Shown here one piece after another: positions 10,678 through 22,115 of a stretch of DNA of 64,000 nt (the stretch's first letter is position 1; every line of letters begins with the position of its first letter). A program made the translations under genes and the position numbers. The notes beneath the pieces are model-generated. The model searched no databases, was not told the origin of the DNA, and saw nothing but the letters and a program-made list of their open reading frames with translations. Where the stretch lies: assembly GCA_963666425.2 (NCBI GenBank), contig OY762825.2:160001-224000 (forward strand), written 5' to 3'. Origin of the DNA: Bacillota bacterium. GTDB taxonomy: Bacteria; Bacillota; JAAYKD01.

Positions 10678-11910
10678 ATGAATCAAATCTTGGGTATTGC
10701 TGCAGCTTTCGTGTGTTTACCTTTCCTGACCCGGATTAAAAAACTCGGGTTTGGCGGCGCCTTAATGATCACCGGTTTGTTGATGAGTTTATTTGCCGGG
10801 ATTGATTTGGTCACCGTCAAAAATGCATTTCTTGGTGTGTTTACTTCCACCTCTCTGCAAAACAGTATGCTGGCCGTGATTATGATCGGGATGCTGGGAA
10901 CGATTCTCAAGCATTACGGTATCCTGGAGAAGATTGTACGCAACTTGGAAGTGATCATTCGCAACCCCAAAATCATCCTGATGATTCTGCCGGCTGTTTT
11001 AGGCATGCTGCCGGTTCCCGGAGGCGCCATGCTTTCCGCGCCTTTTGTCAAAGACATCGGAGACACACTGCATCTGCCGGCCAATCGCAGAACTGTGATC
11101 AATCTCTCTTTCCGTCATGTCGCCGCCATGTTTTTGGTACCCTTCAGTTCCAGCATGCTGCTGATTGATTCCATTTTACCGGAAATCGGTATTTATCATT
11201 TGATTCTCTTGAATATCCCGCTGGCGATTTTGTATGTTATTGCGGCTTATCAGCTTTTTTTACGCAGCGTGGCTTATGAACCCACAGTGCAGCAGGGTTC
11301 AGCGGTGGAAGCAGTGAAAAATTTAGTCATCAATTTTTTCCCGATCTATAGCATCGTTTTGATTAATATAATTTTTAGCTGCCCCATGTGGGTTTCTGTC
11401 TTGGTCAGTGTGATTTTGACCATTTTCTTGTGCGAAGAGAAAAGCACTTATTTGCAGACAGCTTGGAAAGGTGTTAACTTTAACACGCTCTATATGCTGA
11501 TTGGCGTCTACTTTGTTCAGAACCTGATTAAAAGTCAGGACGGTGTCATGAAGATGTGCGCCGATCTCTTTCTTGCCTCTTCCGGTTTTGGTGTGCTCCT
11601 GGTCATCATGCTGATTGCTGTTGTCTTAGGTTTGGCTACCGGCTTGAATCTGGTCAGCATGGGTATTCTGCTGCCTTTGATTCAGATGCTGCCGATCAGC
11701 GTGAATGAGAAACTGATCTACGTCTTCTTTGTCTGTGTTTGGGCGTTTATCGGCTATTACTATTCACCGCTGCATCTTTGCCAGATTTTGAGCAATTCTT
11801 ACATGGGCTGCAGTACGGGCGAAGCAACCAAGGAGAATATCAAACTGATGCCTGTCTTGGCGGTTGCCTCTTTTGCCTTGTTCTATTTCTATCGTTTGAT
11901 CCTGCTCTAG
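10678..11910 (+). CDS. DUF401-like multi-pass membrane protein (putative transporter)
   Basis: Hydrophobic throughout; PA..GMLPVPGGAMLSAP, FRH and SPLHLC motifs. Confidence 0.75.
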   Translation: MNQILGIAAAFVCLPFLTRIKKLGFGGALMITGLLMSLFAGIDLVTVKNAFLGVFTSTSLQNSMLAVIMIGMLGTILKHYGILEKIVRNLEVIIRNPKIILMILPAVLGMLPVPGGAMLSAPFVKDIGDTLHLPANRRTVINLSFRHVAAMFLVPFSSSMLLIDSILPEIGIYHLILLNIPLAILYVIAAYQLFLRSVAYEPTVQQGSAVEAVKNLVINFFPIYSIVLINIIFSCPMWVSVLVSVILTIFLCEEKSTYLQTAWKGVNFNTLYMLIGVYFVQNLIKSQDGVMKMCADLFLASSGFGVLLVIMLIAVVLGLATGLNLVSMGILLPLIQMLPISVNEKLIYVFFVCVWAFIGYYYSPLHLCQILSNSYMGCSTGEATKENIKLMPVLAVASFALFYFYRLILL

Positions 11911-11951
11911 CAGATCGTGTTTAATTTCTGCCCGAATTACTTTTAGTTCAT

Positions 11952-12024
11952 AAAAAAATGCCGGGTTGCCGGCAGTGCGGCTCTTTTATAAATGAGCTTG
12001 CACTGCCGATCACCCGGCTTTTTT
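11952..12024. terminator. Bidirectional intrinsic terminator with a long stem between convergent genes
   Basis: A-tract, GCCGGG..CGGCAGTGC.GCTC / GAGC.TGCACTGCCG..CCCGGC, T-tract. Confidence 0.8.
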
Positions 12025-12052
12025 ACTAAATAATCCAGTGTATTGCAGCTGT

Positions 12053-12685
12053 TTAAAGAGTACCGTAGAGACGATCACCGGCATCACCTAAACCAGGCAC
12101 AATATATCCGTTTTCATTCAAGCGTTCATCGATCGCACCGCAGATAATTTCTACATCCGGATGCGCTTTTTCTACAACAGCAATTCCTTCCGGTGCCGCT
12201 ATAATGCAAACGAGTTTAATTCTTTGTGCACCGTGTCGCTTCATTAATGTAATAGCAGCCGCGGAGCTGCCGCCGGTAGCCAGCATGGGATCCAGTAAAA
12301 GAACCTGACGTTCGGCGATATCCGGCGGCAGTTTACAGTAATATTCAACCGGTTCCAAGGTTTCGTGATTGCGGTAGAGACCAATGTGCCCGATTTTAGC
12401 CGCGGGAATCAGACTCATCATAGCATCGACCATGCCAAGACCGGCACGCAGAATCGGAACCAAAGCAACCTGTTTATCGATGAAATGGCCGGTAGTTTCG
12501 CAGATGGGTGTCGTGATTGCTTTTTCTACCAAGGTCAGGTCGCGGGTTGCTTCATAACCCAAGAGCAGAGCCACTTCGTAAACCAATTCGCGGAATTCTT
12601 TGACTGTGGTTGTTCTGTCACGCATCATGGAGATTTTGTGTTGAATCAATGGATGACTCATTTGGTGCACGTGATTGCAGATCAT
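12053..12685 (-). CDS. upp: Uracil phosphoribosyltransferase
   Basis: [43 protein letters not shown]. Confidence 0.97.
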   Translation of the reverse strand: MICNHVHQMSHPLIQHKISMMRDRTTTVKEFRELVYEVALLLGYEATRDLTLVEKAITTPICETTGHFIDKQVALVPILRAGLGMVDAMMSLIPAAKIGHIGLYRNHETLEPVEYYCKLPPDIAERQVLLLDPMLATGGSSAAAITLMKRHGAQRIKLVCIIAAPEGIAVVEKAHPDVEIICGAIDERLNENGYIVPGLGDAGDRLYGTL

Positions 12686-12915
12686 TTTACTGATTACCCC
12701 TTTTCCTAAATTATATTATCCGGTAATTCAATGTTTGTCACATCTGCCGGAAAGAAAAACATGAGTGATGTTTTGAAAAATAATCTTCGACAGCAGTTTT
12801 TGCAATTCCTTTAAAATAAATAGTATGATTCAGCAAAGAAGAGGAGTGCAGTTGAATCTGACTGCTTCAGAAACCGTTAAGGCAGTACGGCAAATGAGTA
12901 TTTTCCCTTTATGGC

Positions 12916-12961
12916 AAAAGAAATACTGCGCTTACCAAAATATAAGCGCAGTATTTCTTTT
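12916..12961. terminator. Perfect inverted repeat terminator directly after the PBP1A stop
   Basis: AAAAGAAATACTGCGCTTA-8 nt-TAAGCGCAGTATTTCTTTT. Confidence 0.8.
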
Positions 12962-15384
12962 TAGTGTCCGCCTGGATTGGTTGGTTTTTCTGGTTTGGTG
13001 GGGTCTGTCACGGGGGGTTCTGTTACAACCGGATCGGCAGACGTAAACGTTTTTGGTACCTCCAAAGCAGCATCAGCAGGATAATTGCCATAGGGCAGGG
13101 GATACGGCAAGGGCTGCGGCCGCTGAATGAACACTTGTACTGAAACATATTTCGCTGGTGTGGAAGGTAAAGCCAATAACCCATTGCGCGTATCGATTTT
13201 AACCTGCACATGTGTGGAACAGATATCGTTGACGGCAGGGGCGCTGCCTTTGATAAAGATTTCCGTAACGATTTCATCAGCGGGGCAGATTGAGGAAGGC
13301 CGTTTTCCGGAAACACTGCAAACCTGAACTGTCTCAATTTCGCTGGGCGCGCTCCAATCACGCAGGGGAAGATTGGTGTGAATTGTCGCCATGAATTGTT
13401 GCCAAATCTTTGGCGCCAGACCGCTGCCGTATAAATCAGTCATCGGAGTTTGCTCATCATGACCAATCCAGACTGTGGCTGCGTAATCCTTGGTATAACC
13501 GCAGAACCAGAGATCGTTAAAATCGTCGGTTGTACCGGATTTGGCTGCCACAGCACGATCTCCCAAGCGACCGAGACGGCCGGTGCCGTAGGGCAGGGAA
13601 ACAACTGTTTTTAATAAGTCGGTCATGATATAAGCGGTTTTCTCATCCAGCACAGCAGTCCGATGCGCTGTGTTTTTATAAATTGTCACACCATTCTTAT
13701 CTTTGACTTCCAACACCGCAATTGGATCGGTTTTCACCCCATTGTTGGCGAAAGTGGCATAAGCAGTCGTCATTTCTAAAACATTGACACCGCTCGTTAA
13801 ACCGCCAATCGCGGCAGAGAGGGATTGATCGGCAGAAACCAAAGAGGTGAGGCCCATGCTTTTGGCAAAGGAGAGGCACTTATCGATACCGACCAGCTGC
13901 ATTGTTTTAATGGCAGGAATGTTCTCCGACCTGGCCAGTGCTTCCCGTACGGAGATCAAACCGAAATATAAATCATCAAAATTGGTAGGCTGCCAGGGTT
14001 CTCCTGTATAAGTGGGGTAGGAAGTAGGCACGTCGTCGAAAACAGTGGCTGCGGTAATCACACCGGCAGCAATACCGGGTGCATAGTCGATGATTGGTTT
14101 GATGGAGGAACCCGGTTGCCTGAGTGAATCGGTTGCTCTGTTCCAAGCACCGATGGTATTTTTAGGATATTCTCTGCCGCCGGACATGGCTACAATGTAG
14201 CCGGTTTCCGGTTCAATTACGACGGCTGCTGCCTGACGTTGATAAATCCCCTCTGCATTCTGCGCCGTATAGGGGCTGAGTTTATCGGCAATCGCCTGGT
14301 CCACGGCAGCCTGCGCATCGGCATCCAGGGTGGTATAAATTTTCAGACCGTAGGTTTGGATCGCTGTATTAGCATCTTTTTCGGAGCCGTAATAAGATTT
14401 GAGCAAAGAAGGCAATTCCTCCAAGACATAATCAGCAAAGTAGGTGGAAGTAAAAGCGGAAGAACGAACTTGTTCCAAGCCCGCTAATTTAATTTCATAC
14501 GCTTTGGCTTCCGCAGCTTCTTCTTTACTGATCGCACCTTCCTTCAGCATCAAATCCAGCAGCATTTCCTGCATAAATTTAGCGGTTTCATAATTATTAT
14601 AAGGCGAGTACTGATTGGGAGAGGGGATGATGGCAACCAACATGGCGGACTCAGCTAAATTCAAATCTTTGGCGTCTTTGCCAAAATAGAGCTGCGAACC
14701 CGCTTGCACTCCCTGCGCCCAATGGCCAAAGAAAATTTGATTCAAATAGAAACAAAGGATTTCATCTTTGGTGTAGAGGTTTTCTAATTTCAGCGCTAAA
14801 GCCATTTCGCGTAGTTTGCGAGCCATGCTGACATCTAAAGTCAGGTAAACATTTCGTGCCAACTGTTGAGTAATCGAGCTGCCGCCGCCTGCTTTACCAA
14901 GGGTAACAATTGCCCGCAACGTACCGGAGATATTGATGCCATGATGCTGATAGAAGGTCTTGTCTTCGGAAATGACGATCGCTTTTTTGATCCAAGGTGA
15001 GATCTGATCAAAATCAACAGGCAGTCGATAATCTTCTCCATCGAATAAGGAAAGCAGCACTTCGCCTTCAGAGTCGTAAATGGTGGAAGCTGCAGCCGGA
15101 TTGGCTAGCTTATCCGGATCCAGGGCTGGCAAATCCTGCAGCACAGCATAAGCCCAGCCCACACCGATGCCGCCTGCCAGACAAGCGACTAAAAGAAATG
15201 TAATGAAGATTTTTTTCAGCATCGAACCGTTGCGAAACTTTTTTGCCAGTGCACTACCTCGCACTTTTTCCAGAAAGGCAGACTTTTTCATGCTGTTCAA
15301 CCAAGAATTTTTTTGATCTTTCTGAGGTTTTTTCTTTTTGGCTAAAATGACCGTAGTTTTATCATTTACTTCGGAACTCATCAC
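12961..15384 (-). CDS. Class A penicillin-binding protein (PBP1A family)
   Basis: TM anchor, EDKTFYQHHG, GGSSITQQLARN, RKLRE, transpeptidase GSSIKP (SxxK), SEN, KSGT. Confidence 0.93.
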   Translation of the reverse strand: MMSSEVNDKTTVILAKKKKPQKDQKNSWLNSMKKSAFLEKVRGSALAKKFRNGSMLKKIFITFLLVACLAGGIGVGWAYAVLQDLPALDPDKLANPAAASTIYDSEGEVLLSLFDGEDYRLPVDFDQISPWIKKAIVISEDKTFYQHHGINISGTLRAIVTLGKAGGGSSITQQLARNVYLTLDVSMARKLREMALALKLENLYTKDEILCFYLNQIFFGHWAQGVQAGSQLYFGKDAKDLNLAESAMLVAIIPSPNQYSPYNNYETAKFMQEMLLDLMLKEGAISKEEAAEAKAYEIKLAGLEQVRSSAFTSTYFADYVLEELPSLLKSYYGSEKDANTAIQTYGLKIYTTLDADAQAAVDQAIADKLSPYTAQNAEGIYQRQAAAVVIEPETGYIVAMSGGREYPKNTIGAWNRATDSLRQPGSSIKPIIDYAPGIAAGVITAATVFDDVPTSYPTYTGEPWQPTNFDDLYFGLISVREALARSENIPAIKTMQLVGIDKCLSFAKSMGLTSLVSADQSLSAAIGGLTSGVNVLEMTTAYATFANNGVKTDPIAVLEVKDKNGVTIYKNTAHRTAVLDEKTAYIMTDLLKTVVSLPYGTGRLGRLGDRAVAAKSGTTDDFNDLWFCGYTKDYAATVWIGHDEQTPMTDLYGSGLAPKIWQQFMATIHTNLPLRDWSAPSEIETVQVCSVSGKRPSSICPADEIVTEIFIKGSAPAVNDICSTHVQVKIDTRNGLLALPSTPAKYVSVQVFIQRPQPLPYPLPYGNYPADAALEVPKTFTSADPVVTEPPVTDPTKPEKPTNPGGH

Positions 15385-15558
15385 AGTTTCCTCCTTTAGG
15401 AAGTAATCCTCATGATTATACCATAACAGGCGAAAAAGACCAAGCTGAAATTTTATTTTCGTAGGACTACTTATGCCCGCATTGAGAAGGAGTTTAGCGC
15501 TCTTTGCAGAATTTACACAGGTAAACCTTTGTTAAGATGATTTAGAGGAGTGAAATGA

Positions 15559-15903
15559 ATGAATCCCTATGATAAAGCCAATGAGTTAGCGGATGCGCTG
15601 CGCCAACAAGCGGATCTCCAGCAAATGAAAAAGCTTAAAATACGAATTCAGAATAATGCTGCCGCCAAAGCCATGATGGATGATTTCTTTGAGCGCCAAC
15701 AGACGTTGATGAAGTTATATCAATCCGGTGTCGTCCCCGACCAAGCCAAGATGGATGAAGTAGAAAAACTGATGCAGATTATGTCGGGTAATTCTTTATG
15801 TAAAGAATATATCGAATTAGAAATGCGGATCGCGCAAATGATGAACGAGATACAGAAAATTTTAGCCGAAGCAGTCAAAGAAGCGACTTGGATCAATCAA
15901 TAA
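15559..15903 (+). CDS. YlbF/YmcA family regulator
   Basis: MNPYDKANELADAL N-terminus, helical, 114 aa. Confidence 0.8.
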   Translation: MNPYDKANELADALRQQADLQQMKKLKIRIQNNAAAKAMMDDFFERQQTLMKLYQSGVVPDQAKMDEVEKLMQIMSGNSLCKEYIELEMRIAQMMNEIQKILAEAVKEATWINQ

Positions 15904-15921
15904 GAAAAGGGGATTTTTAAA

Positions 15922-16668
15922 ATGTCAGGACATTCGAAGTGGGCAACCATCAAACGGGCCAAAGGAAAAGTAGACGCAGCCAGAGGGAAAGCGTTTGCGG
16001 TCATCTCCAAAGAAATCATCGTGGCTGCCAGGACCGGCGGACCCAATCCGGAATTTAACGCAAGATTGAAAGTGCTGATTCAAAAGGCCAAAGAAAGCAA
16101 TATGCCGAATGATAACATACAGAGAGCGATCCTAAGAGGCAGTGGTCAGATCGACGGAGCCAATTACGAAGAGCTGACCTATGAAGGTTATGCCCCCGGT
16201 GGTGTCGCGATCATCGTGGAAGTTTTGACTGATAATCGTAACCGTGCTGCCGGTGATATCAGACATGTCTTTGATAAGTATGGCGGCAATATGGGTGAAA
16301 CCGGCAGCGTCAGTTGGATGTTTCAGAGAAAAGGTTTGCTGGTAATCGACCGTGAAGAATTCGAGCTCAGCGAAGATGAAATGCTGATGCAGGTATTGGA
16401 TGCCGGTGGCGACGATATGCAGACGACAGAGGATTCTTTCGAAGTTTATACAGCTCCCGATGATTTTGAACGGGTAAAAGAGGCGCTGGAAGCCGCTAAG
16501 TTCACGTTCCTGTTGGCCGAAATTACCCAGATTCCCAGCAGTAAAATTGAAATTGATGCAGAACAATTACCGAAATTAAAAAAACTGTTAGCGATGATGG
16601 AAGAATGTGACGATGTCCAGAATGTCTATGACAATGCTGATTACGAAGAGGAAGAAGAAGAGGAATAA
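15922..16668 (+). CDS. yebC: YebC/PmpR family protein
   Basis: MSGHSKWATIK, YEGYAPGGVA, TDNRNR, DDVQNVY. Confidence 0.95.
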   Translation: MSGHSKWATIKRAKGKVDAARGKAFAVISKEIIVAARTGGPNPEFNARLKVLIQKAKESNMPNDNIQRAILRGSGQIDGANYEELTYEGYAPGGVAIIVEVLTDNRNRAAGDIRHVFDKYGGNMGETGSVSWMFQRKGLLVIDREEFELSEDEMLMQVLDAGGDDMQTTEDSFEVYTAPDDFERVKEALEAAKFTFLLAEITQIPSSKIEIDAEQLPKLKKLLAMMEECDDVQNVYDNADYEEEEEEE

Positions 16669-16732
16669 TAAAGCAGCGGGGGAGATGGTTTAACCCACTC
16701 CCCTGTTGTTTCATTAAAAATGAGGAGTTTCT

Positions 16733-17224
16733 ATGATAGTATTAGGCATCGATCCCGGCATAGCCATTACCGGTTACGCTGTGCTGGAAGGGGACGAAGC
16801 ACAGATGAAACCTCTCTGTTACGGCAGTATCGAAACACCTTCCAGCCAATCTACTTCAGAACGCCTGGCGACGATCTACAGCGAAATCAATCGAATTATC
16901 CTGGCCTACCACCCGGTTGAAATTGCTGTCGAAGAACTTTTTTTTAGTCGGAATGTCACCACCGCGCTGATCGTAGGACAGGCTCGGGGGGTTGTTTTAT
17001 TGTCGGCACAACAGCAGGGACTGCGCCTGACGGAATATAAACCGATGGAGGTCAAGTTAGCGGTCAGCGGTTATGGCGCTGCCACAAAGCAGCAGGTCCA
17101 GCAAATGGTGAAACGTTTACTGGCGTTAAAGGAAATTCCAAAACCGGATGATACCGCCGACGCTCTGGCCATCGCGATCTGTCATTTGCAATCGCGCAAA
17201 TTGAAAAGCCTGGGAATGCGATAA
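16733..17224 (+). CDS. ruvC: Holliday junction resolvase RuvC
   Basis: LGIDPG, EELFF, GQARG, KPDDTADALAIA. Confidence 0.96.
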   Translation: MIVLGIDPGIAITGYAVLEGDEAQMKPLCYGSIETPSSQSTSERLATIYSEINRIILAYHPVEIAVEELFFSRNVTTALIVGQARGVVLLSAQQQGLRLTEYKPMEVKLAVSGYGAATKQQVQQMVKRLLALKEIPKPDDTADALAIAICHLQSRKLKSLGMR

Positions 17225-17245
17225 AACGGTAAGGAGGATAAAAGC

Positions 17246-17857
17246 ATGCTTGCTTACATCAGAGGAAAACTCATTGCATCTCAAAGCGGGACCTGTGTGG
17301 TTGAAGCAGGCGGATTTGGTTTACGCCTTTTTACACCGGTCACAGAGGATTATCAACGCTTGAAATGTAATGAAACGATTTTCTTGTATACGCATTTGCA
17401 TCAAAAAGAAGATGGTTCTTCGCTTTATGGCTTCCTGACGGAAGAAGAGCAGAAACTCTTTCTGCTGCTGATTTCGGTTGCCGGTATCGGTCCAAAAAAC
17501 GGTCTGAATATCCTGTCTTTTGCTGCTCCGTCGCAGATTTACTGGTGGCTGATCAATGAAGACGCTGCCCAGTTAAAAAAAGCGCCGGGGATCGGGGTCA
17601 AGACAGCGCAGCGCCTGATTTTAGAATTGAAGAACAAAGTCGGCAGCCTAAATCTCAGCCCGCAAGGGAAAAGCGCCGCTTTTACGGAAGGCAGCTTTGC
17701 AGAATCAGCGGCTGGTCAAGCCATTGAGGCGCTGATCACTTTAGGTTATGATCAAAGAGAAGCGACGAAACAAATAAATCTTGTTCTGGAGACAAAGCCG
17801 AATGCGCCAGTGGAAGCATTGATTAAAGACGCCTTGCGCTTACTGATGCGCTTTTAG
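17246..17857 (+). CDS. ruvA: Holliday junction branch migration protein RuvA
   Basis: LYGF, VAGIGPK, PGIGVKTAQRLILELK, EALITLGY. Confidence 0.95.
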   Translation: MLAYIRGKLIASQSGTCVVEAGGFGLRLFTPVTEDYQRLKCNETIFLYTHLHQKEDGSSLYGFLTEEEQKLFLLLISVAGIGPKNGLNILSFAAPSQIYWWLINEDAAQLKKAPGIGVKTAQRLILELKNKVGSLNLSPQGKSAAFTEGSFAESAAGQAIEALITLGYDQREATKQINLVLETKPNAPVEALIKDALRLLMRF

Positions 17858-17878
17858 CATGAGAGGGGAGGAATTGTT

Positions 17879-18934
17879 TTGTCAGAAGAACGCATTTTGA
17901 CAGCAAACGAATTACCGGAAGAAGAACTGATGGAAAAATCGCTGCGGCCGCGCTATCTGAAAGAATACATCGGCCAGAATAAAGCCAAGGACAATCTCTC
18001 CGTTTTCGTCAAAGCCGCTGTGCAGCGTAAAGAAGCACTGGATCATGTTCTGCTCTATGGGCCGCCGGGTTTGGGTAAAACGACGCTCGCTCATATCCTG
18101 GCCAATGAATTGGGTGTGAACCTGCGCATGACCTCCGGACCGGCGATTGAACGAGCGGGAGATTTGGCTGCTTTGCTGACGAACTTGGGACCATGCGATG
18201 TTTTTTTTATTGATGAAATTCATCGGCTCAATCATATCGCGGAAGAAGTGCTCTATTCCGCTATGGAAGATTACGCCATTGATATTGTAGTTGGCAAAGG
18301 GCCCAGCGCCCGTTCGATTCGAATTGATCTGCAGCCCTTTACACTGATTGGCGCCACTACACGCTTCGGTTTTCTTTCCCCGCCTCTGCGCGATCGCTTC
18401 GGTGTGATCTGCCGCATGGAATTTTATAATGAAGAACAGCTGCAGGAAGTTGTGCTGCGCTCCGCAAAAATCATGCAGGTTGACATTGACCTGCAGGGTG
18501 CCAAGGAAATTGCCCGCAGATCACGCGGTACCCCGCGGATCGCCAACCGCTTGCTGAAACGGGTGCGCGATTTTGCGCAGATTCAAGGCAATGGCTGCAT
18601 CACCCGTGAATTGGCGGATTATGCGCTGCGCATGCTGGAAGTAGACGACAAAGGTTTTGATCGGATTGACCGCATGTATTTGACTGCGGCAATTCAGCAT
18701 TATAACGGCGGACCGGTAGGCGTGGAAACACTGGCTGCCTCGATTCAGGAAGAAACGGAAACTTTGGAAGACGTCATTGAACCTTATCTGATGCAAATCG
18801 GCTATGTGCAGCGAACTCCGCGCGGCAGAGTCATCACCAAAGCGGCTTACGAATTTTTAGGCCTGGCTTACCACGAACCGGCTGACGCCGAGAAGGCAGA
18901 GACGCCCGAAGCAAGCCAAATTAAGCTTTTTTGA
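17879..18934 (+). CDS. ruvB: Holliday junction DNA helicase RuvB
   Basis: [36 protein letters not shown]. Confidence 0.97.
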   Translation: MSEERILTANELPEEELMEKSLRPRYLKEYIGQNKAKDNLSVFVKAAVQRKEALDHVLLYGPPGLGKTTLAHILANELGVNLRMTSGPAIERAGDLAALLTNLGPCDVFFIDEIHRLNHIAEEVLYSAMEDYAIDIVVGKGPSARSIRIDLQPFTLIGATTRFGFLSPPLRDRFGVICRMEFYNEEQLQEVVLRSAKIMQVDIDLQGAKEIARRSRGTPRIANRLLKRVRDFAQIQGNGCITRELADYALRMLEVDDKGFDRIDRMYLTAAIQHYNGGPVGVETLAASIQEETETLEDVIEPYLMQIGYVQRTPRGRVITKAAYEFLGLAYHEPADAEKAETPEASQIKLF

Positions 18935-18949
18935 GCAAAGGAGATTGGG

Positions 18950-19489
18950 ATGATTTTACTTCATGCCTGCTGTGCCCCCTGCAGTACTGTGGTGGCAGAG
19001 CATTTTCGCAGCGAACAGCGTCAGCCTTTGCTTTATTATTATAATCCCAATATCCAGTCCTATGCGGAGTACCAACTGCGGCGTGACGCCTTGCTGCAAT
19101 TTGCAGCAGCGGAGCAGTATCCGCTCTTACTGGACGAAAACTATCAGCCGCTTGACTTTTTACGTCATGTTTTGAATATGGAAGGCAATCGCTGCGCCTA
19201 TTGTTATGCGCTGCGCTTGGAAAAAGCTGCCCAAAAAGCCTGTGAATTGGGGATCCGGGAATTCAGTACAACCCTGTTTGTCAGTCCCTACCAGGATCGG
19301 GAAAAAATCATCAATATCGGCTGTTCACTCGCAGAGCAGTACCACCTGACTTTTTTGACACCGGATTTGCGTGCTCAGTATTATCGTTCCATTGCTTTGG
19401 CCAAATCCATGCAGCTCTACCGTCAAGGTTATTGTGGCTGCCTTTTGAGTGAATACGAACGCTATTTTCCCCGTCAAGAGAAGGAGTAG
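18950..19489 (+). CDS. queH: Epoxyqueuosine reductase QueH (DUF208)
   Basis: LLHACCAPCS, YNPNI, RC.YCY, YRQ.YCGC; near queA and tgt. Confidence 0.88.
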   Translation: MILLHACCAPCSTVVAEHFRSEQRQPLLYYYNPNIQSYAEYQLRRDALLQFAAAEQYPLLLDENYQPLDFLRHVLNMEGNRCAYCYALRLEKAAQKACELGIREFSTTLFVSPYQDREKIINIGCSLAEQYHLTFLTPDLRAQYYRSIALAKSMQLYRQGYCGCLLSEYERYFPRQEKE

Positions 19490-19493
19490 GTTA

Positions 19494-21051
19494 ATGAGAA
19501 GAACTTTCTTGTTTTTTTTGCTGCTGAGCTGTCTGTTCTTAGCTGACTCTTGTCTGGCGGCAGAGACGGCACCGACCGTTCCGGCCATGATTGCGGTTGG
19601 TCTGGATTACGGTGATGAGGCCTTGCCGGAAGTAAGACTTGGCTTTCAGTCCGGTGTGCGTTTATCCTGCAATAATCTGGAGATCTGGCATTCTGCTGAA
19701 CTGCGCTGTCTGCTGCTTACGCCTGAAAATGGCAACTACAGTCAATTAGCGGTCAGCTTTTCTACTTATGAGGCAGCAGCCGCTTATTTGGTGGAGTATG
19801 GTTACAACGCCGACGCAGCGCCGGCCTATACGCAGGAAGGTTGGAAAGTCTGGTTGGCGACAACCTATTGCGAAACATTGGCCATTCCGGCGACAAAAGC
19901 GGTCGTGAATAGCAGCTGTATCAGGGTCAGGGATGTGGGCGGATTGACCTTGCTTTTTTATCAGCCAACCGCCGGTGACTCAATCGATACGCTAAGAAGT
20001 CATATGGCAGTCTGGCAGGATTACACTGGCGGCGATCTGATCTATGGACCGAATCAGCGCTGTTATCCGGCGGAAATGCTGATTCAGCGCTATCATAGCT
20101 TTGGTTTGACGGTGATCAACAATCTGCCTTTTGAAGAATACATTGCCGCCGTCATTTCCCGCGAGATGTCGCCTTCCTGGCCGGTGGAGGCGCTGAAAGC
20201 CCAGGCGGTGGCCAGCCGCAGCTTTATTCTTACGACGCAATTCGGTACGGCCAGGTATTTGCAGTATGGTTTTGATATCAATACCTATCAACAGACTTAT
20301 ATCGGTATTGATTACGCCAGGGAGCCTTTCGTGCAACAGGCGATTCGTGAAACTGCCGGTGAAGTGATCTGGTATCTTGACAGCAGCGGCAGTCGAAAGA
20401 TGGCTGCTGCCTACTACCATGCAGATGCCGGCGGCAGCACCGAAAATTGTGAAAATGTTTTTGTGCAGGCTGTCTCTTATATTCGAGGGGTGAAAGAATT
20501 CTTCAAGACCGAAAGCCCGGATAACGTTTGGACACCTGTTCCCAGTCATGACCGCTGCAGCAATCCGGCAGAGTTTGCTGGAAGGATATGGTGATATCGG
20601 TGAAATTCGTTCTCTGCGGGTTACGAAAACCGGTGCATACGGGGCAGCGATTGAAATCGAAATTGCAGGCAGTCTGCAAACCATCGTTTTAAAAAAAGGT
20701 GAGGGACGTTATTACTTCGGCCTGAAAAGCTATAATTTCACCGTGACGAAACAATTGAATCTCGGCATCTTAAGTGCAGGCGGCAAGCTGACCAGCTTTG
20801 CCGGTGGCAGAACTGAAGTCATCACGGCGGAGGGCAGCAAAGAGTTAACGGTCAGTGATACGACGATGGTCATGACCGGACAGGGTCTGCAGCAGCTGCC
20901 GGGCAATGCTGAGGTTTATAGCTTCCCGGGTGGCGGCTACGGCCATAATCTGGGTATGTCGCAATATGGCGCTCAGGCGATGGCGAAACTGGGTTATAAT
21001 TACAGAGAAATCCTGCAATTTTATTATACGGGGGTTACGGTAGGAAAATGA
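19494..21051 (+). pseudogene. SpoIID/LytB domain protein split by a frameshift near 20535-20548 (pseudogene or sequence error)
   Basis: Signal peptide, EEYI..V..EMSPSWPVEALKAQAVASRS and YHA..GG.TE in ORF 19494-20594; GYGHNLGMSQYGA..MA..GYNYREILQFYYTG in the +1 frame ORF 20548-21051. Confidence 0.8.
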
Positions 21052-22115
21052 GCAACACGGAGCATGAATTATTGGTTTCACAATTTGACTATGACTTGCC
21101 GGAAAACCTGATTGCACAGAGTCCGCTGGATCGACGTTCCGATTCCCGTCTGATGATTATCGACAGGGAAAAAGGTTATTTAGCCGATACTTATTTTTAC
21201 CAATTGTCAGACTGGCTGCAGCCAGGCGATGTCTTGGTGATCAACGATACCAAAGTTATCCCAGCCAGACTGTTGGGGCACAAACCCAGCGGCGGCCAAG
21301 TGGAGTGTCTATTATTGGAACGATTGGATGACTGCCGTTGGAAAACCTTAGTCAAGCCCGGCCAGCGGCTGCAGCCCGGAGCAGAGATGATTTTTGGTGA
21401 CGGTGTCCTGACGGGTGTGATCGAGGAACGCAGAGAAATGGGAGAACGCATCGTGCGTTTTTCCTGGTCGGAAAAACGGCCTTTTGAAGAAGTTCTCGAC
21501 CAATTAGGAGAAATGCCGCTGCCGCCCTACATTCACCTGCCTTTAAAGGAAAAACAGCGCTATCAGACGGTCTATGCCGCGGCATCCGGTTCTGCCGCAG
21601 CGCCGACAGCCGGCCTGCATTTCACACCCGAGTTGATGCAGCAGCTGCAGCAGCAAGGAGTTGAATTTGTCTCGCTGACACTGCATGTTGGCATTGGCAC
21701 CTTCCGTCCCGTCAAGGTGAATCGCATCTCCGAGCATAAAATGCACTCGGAATATTATCAATTAACAAAAGAAGCCGCCGGACGGATCAATCAAGCCAAA
21801 GCCGACGGCCGTCGCATTCTGGCGGTGGGCACTACTTCCTGCCGGGTGCTGGAAACATTAGCCGATACCAACGGTCGTTTAGAGGCTGCCAGCGGATGGA
21901 CGGATATTTTTATTTATCCGGGCTACCATTTTAAACTGATCGATGGACTGATCACCAATTTTCACTTACCGAAGTCCACCCTGCTGATGTTGGTCAGCGC
22001 TTTTTCCAGCTGGGAAATCGTGAAACAGGCTTACCAGGAAGCCGTTCGACGAGAGTATCGTTTTTTTAGTTTTGGTGATGCCACTTTTTTTGCCATTCAC
22101 AAGAAAATCAACTAG
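21048..22115 (+). CDS. queA: S-adenosylmethionine:tRNA ribosyltransferase-isomerase
   Basis: FDYDLPE.LIAQ, NDTKVIPARL, PLPPYI, AAPTAGLHF, TNFHLPKSTL, YRFFSFGDA. Confidence 0.97.
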   Translation: MSNTEHELLVSQFDYDLPENLIAQSPLDRRSDSRLMIIDREKGYLADTYFYQLSDWLQPGDVLVINDTKVIPARLLGHKPSGGQVECLLLERLDDCRWKTLVKPGQRLQPGAEMIFGDGVLTGVIEERREMGERIVRFSWSEKRPFEEVLDQLGEMPLPPYIHLPLKEKQRYQTVYAAASGSAAAPTAGLHFTPELMQQLQQQGVEFVSLTLHVGIGTFRPVKVNRISEHKMHSEYYQLTKEAAGRINQAKADGRRILAVGTTSCRVLETLADTNGRLEAASGWTDIFIYPGYHFKLIDGLITNFHLPKSTLLMLVSAFSSWEIVKQAYQEAVRREYRFFSFGDATFFAIHKKIN

